Assembly (NCBI GenBank): GCA_965214405.1
Contig: OZ243956.1
Coordinates: 1,376,001-1,440,000 of the forward strand
Direction: 5' to 3'
Source: Trueperaceae bacterium
GTDB lineage: Bacteria; Deinococcota; Deinococci; Deinococcales; Trueperaceae
DNA length: 64,000 bases
Part shown: piece by piece, positions 62,711 through 64,000 of the stretch
Position numbering within the stretch: the first letter of the stretch is position 1
Layout: each line of letters begins with the position of its first letter
Translations under genes and position numbers: made by a program
Notes under the pieces: generated by a model
Databases searched by the model: none
What the model was told of the DNA's origin: nothing
The model's input: the letters and a program-made list of their open reading frames with translations, nothing else

Positions 62711-62749
62711 CCTGTGGGTCGCTACCGTTAATATCTAGCGACCCACAGG
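62711..62749. other. 14-bp intercistronic hairpin after the binding-protein gene
   Basis: CCTGTGGGTCGCTA...TAGCGACCCACAGG. Confidence 0.75.
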
Positions 62750-62796
62750 TCCTCTACCGAGCGGGAAAGGTTGATTATGTTGAGAGGCGGGTCTTT

Positions 62797-63807
62797 TTGA
62801 GAGGCATTACGCTGGGCTATTTTCTGCGGCGGCTCGGTATCTTTTTCTTTACCGTCTGGCTGGCGGCGACGCTCATTTATATTATCCCGCGCGTTGCGCC
62901 GGGCGATCCCATCGCGGCGATGGTCGCGCGCATGACGCAGAGCGCGGGCTACGTCGAGAATTCGGACGTGATTATCGCGGGCTGGCGCGAACGCTTCGGG
63001 CTGGACGACCCGTGGCATATCCAGTATTTGCGCTACATGAGAAACCTCATCACCTTCGACCTCGGCTACTCGCTGGCCTCGTTCCCGACGCAGGTGAGCA
63101 GCATCATCGGGCGCGCGATGCCCTGGACGATTGGGCTGTTGGGGATTTCGACCTTTCTATTTTTTGTCATCGGCAACTTGTTGGGCGCGTTTTTGGCCTG
63201 GAAGCGGACGCCCGCGCTTTTCAAGTTCCTTATTCCTCTGACGATGATTTTTACCTCGGTGCCCTCGCTTCTGGCGGCGCTGCTGCTCATCTACGTGTTC
63301 GCCTTTCAGTTCGATTTATTCCCGATGATCGGCTCGTACGGGCGGGGGCTCGAGCCCGCGCTCACCTGGCCCTTTATCAAAAGCGTCATCTGGCACGGCG
63401 CGCTGCCCGCGCTCTCCATCGTGGTGGTCACCTTCGGCTACTGGACGTTGGGGATGCGCGGCATGATGATTACGGTTGAAGGCGAAGATTATATGACGCT
63501 GGCGCAGGCGAAGGGCTTGAATCCCTTCTATGTCCTCTACCGCTACATGATTCGCAACGCCATTTTGCCGCAGGTGACGGCGCTGGCCTTGACCATCGGC
63601 ACGCTCGTCGGGGGGCAAATCTTGGTCGAGTATATTTTTTCCTACCGGGGCATGGGCAACGCGATTTTCCGCGCCATCCGCGACCAGGACTATACGGTCA
63701 TCCAGGGCACCTCGTTCGTGCTTATTTTGGCGACGGCGCTGGCGGTGTTTATCATGGACATGATCTATCCGCTCATCGACCCGCGCATTTCGCACGAGGG
63801 GAGGTAA
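62797..63807 (+). CDS. ABC permease (OppB-like)
   Basis: APGDP, FGLDDP, DLGYS, EDYMTLAQAKGL, LIDPRI. Confidence 0.93.
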   Translation: MRGITLGYFLRRLGIFFFTVWLAATLIYIIPRVAPGDPIAAMVARMTQSAGYVENSDVIIAGWRERFGLDDPWHIQYLRYMRNLITFDLGYSLASFPTQVSSIIGRAMPWTIGLLGISTFLFFVIGNLLGAFLAWKRTPALFKFLIPLTMIFTSVPSLLAALLLIYVFAFQFDLFPMIGSYGRGLEPALTWPFIKSVIWHGALPALSIVVVTFGYWTLGMRGMMITVEGEDYMTLAQAKGLNPFYVLYRYMIRNAILPQVTALALTIGTLVGGQILVEYIFSYRGMGNAIFRAIRDQDYTVIQGTSFVLILATALAVFIMDMIYPLIDPRISHEGR

Positions 63808-63808
63808 C

Positions 63809-64000
63809 GTGGCGAGCACCGCCGCCCGTACGGACGTCCGCAAGCCTGACCGCTTGAATCGTTGGGACAACCCCTGGCTCAACCCCAACCTGCTCACGGG
63901 TGCAGGCATGTTGGTCATACTCCTTAGCGCGGCCTTTATCGGGCAGTTCGTCTGGAACACCGACCTCGCGTTCGTGGGCAGTTCGCCCCTCAAGCTGCCG
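63809..64000 (+). CDS. ABC permease (OppC-like), partial at window edge
   Basis: GTG after GGAGG, directly after the OppB-like stop; first TM helix; open to the window end. Confidence 0.75.
   Translation, partial: MASTAARTDVRKPDRLNRWDNPWLNPNLLTGAGMLVILLSAAFIGQFVWNTDLAFVGSSPLKLP

Overview
GC-rich bacterial chromosomal segment. Gene content and promoter style point to Deinococcota, probably Truepera-like (inference). Housekeeping genes are pyrE, pheA, carB, rnr, sodC, serS, gap, pgk, uvrC and glgC. Stress and repair genes include a spore photoproduct lyase-like radical SAM enzyme, ferritin-like proteins and a poxvirus-type topoisomerase IB. The window also has c-di-GMP genes, a dynamin-like GTPase, two intact toxin-antitoxin pairs (RES-Xre, BrnT-like) plus decayed modules, and a large carbohydrate-utilisation cluster (46.5-64 kb) interrupted by a Mutator-like (ISKra4/ISLre2-type) IS. 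I found no rRNA, tRNA or CRISPR array. Main unannotated signals: (1) CTCGAG is enriched roughly tenfold, HIP1-like, and absent from the recently acquired elements; (2) an orphan integron cassette (dinB-like gene plus attC); (3) a candidate three-hairpin sRNA with an anti-Shine-Dalgarno loop; (4) a Nal1-like protease paired with a free copy of its own N-terminal domain; (5) a protein with a B3-like domain and a nuclease-like fold; (6) a mini-ORF relay between an antitoxin and its toxin; (7) widespread leaderless genes and micro-duplications. All family calls come from motif recognition by eye; no searches were run.
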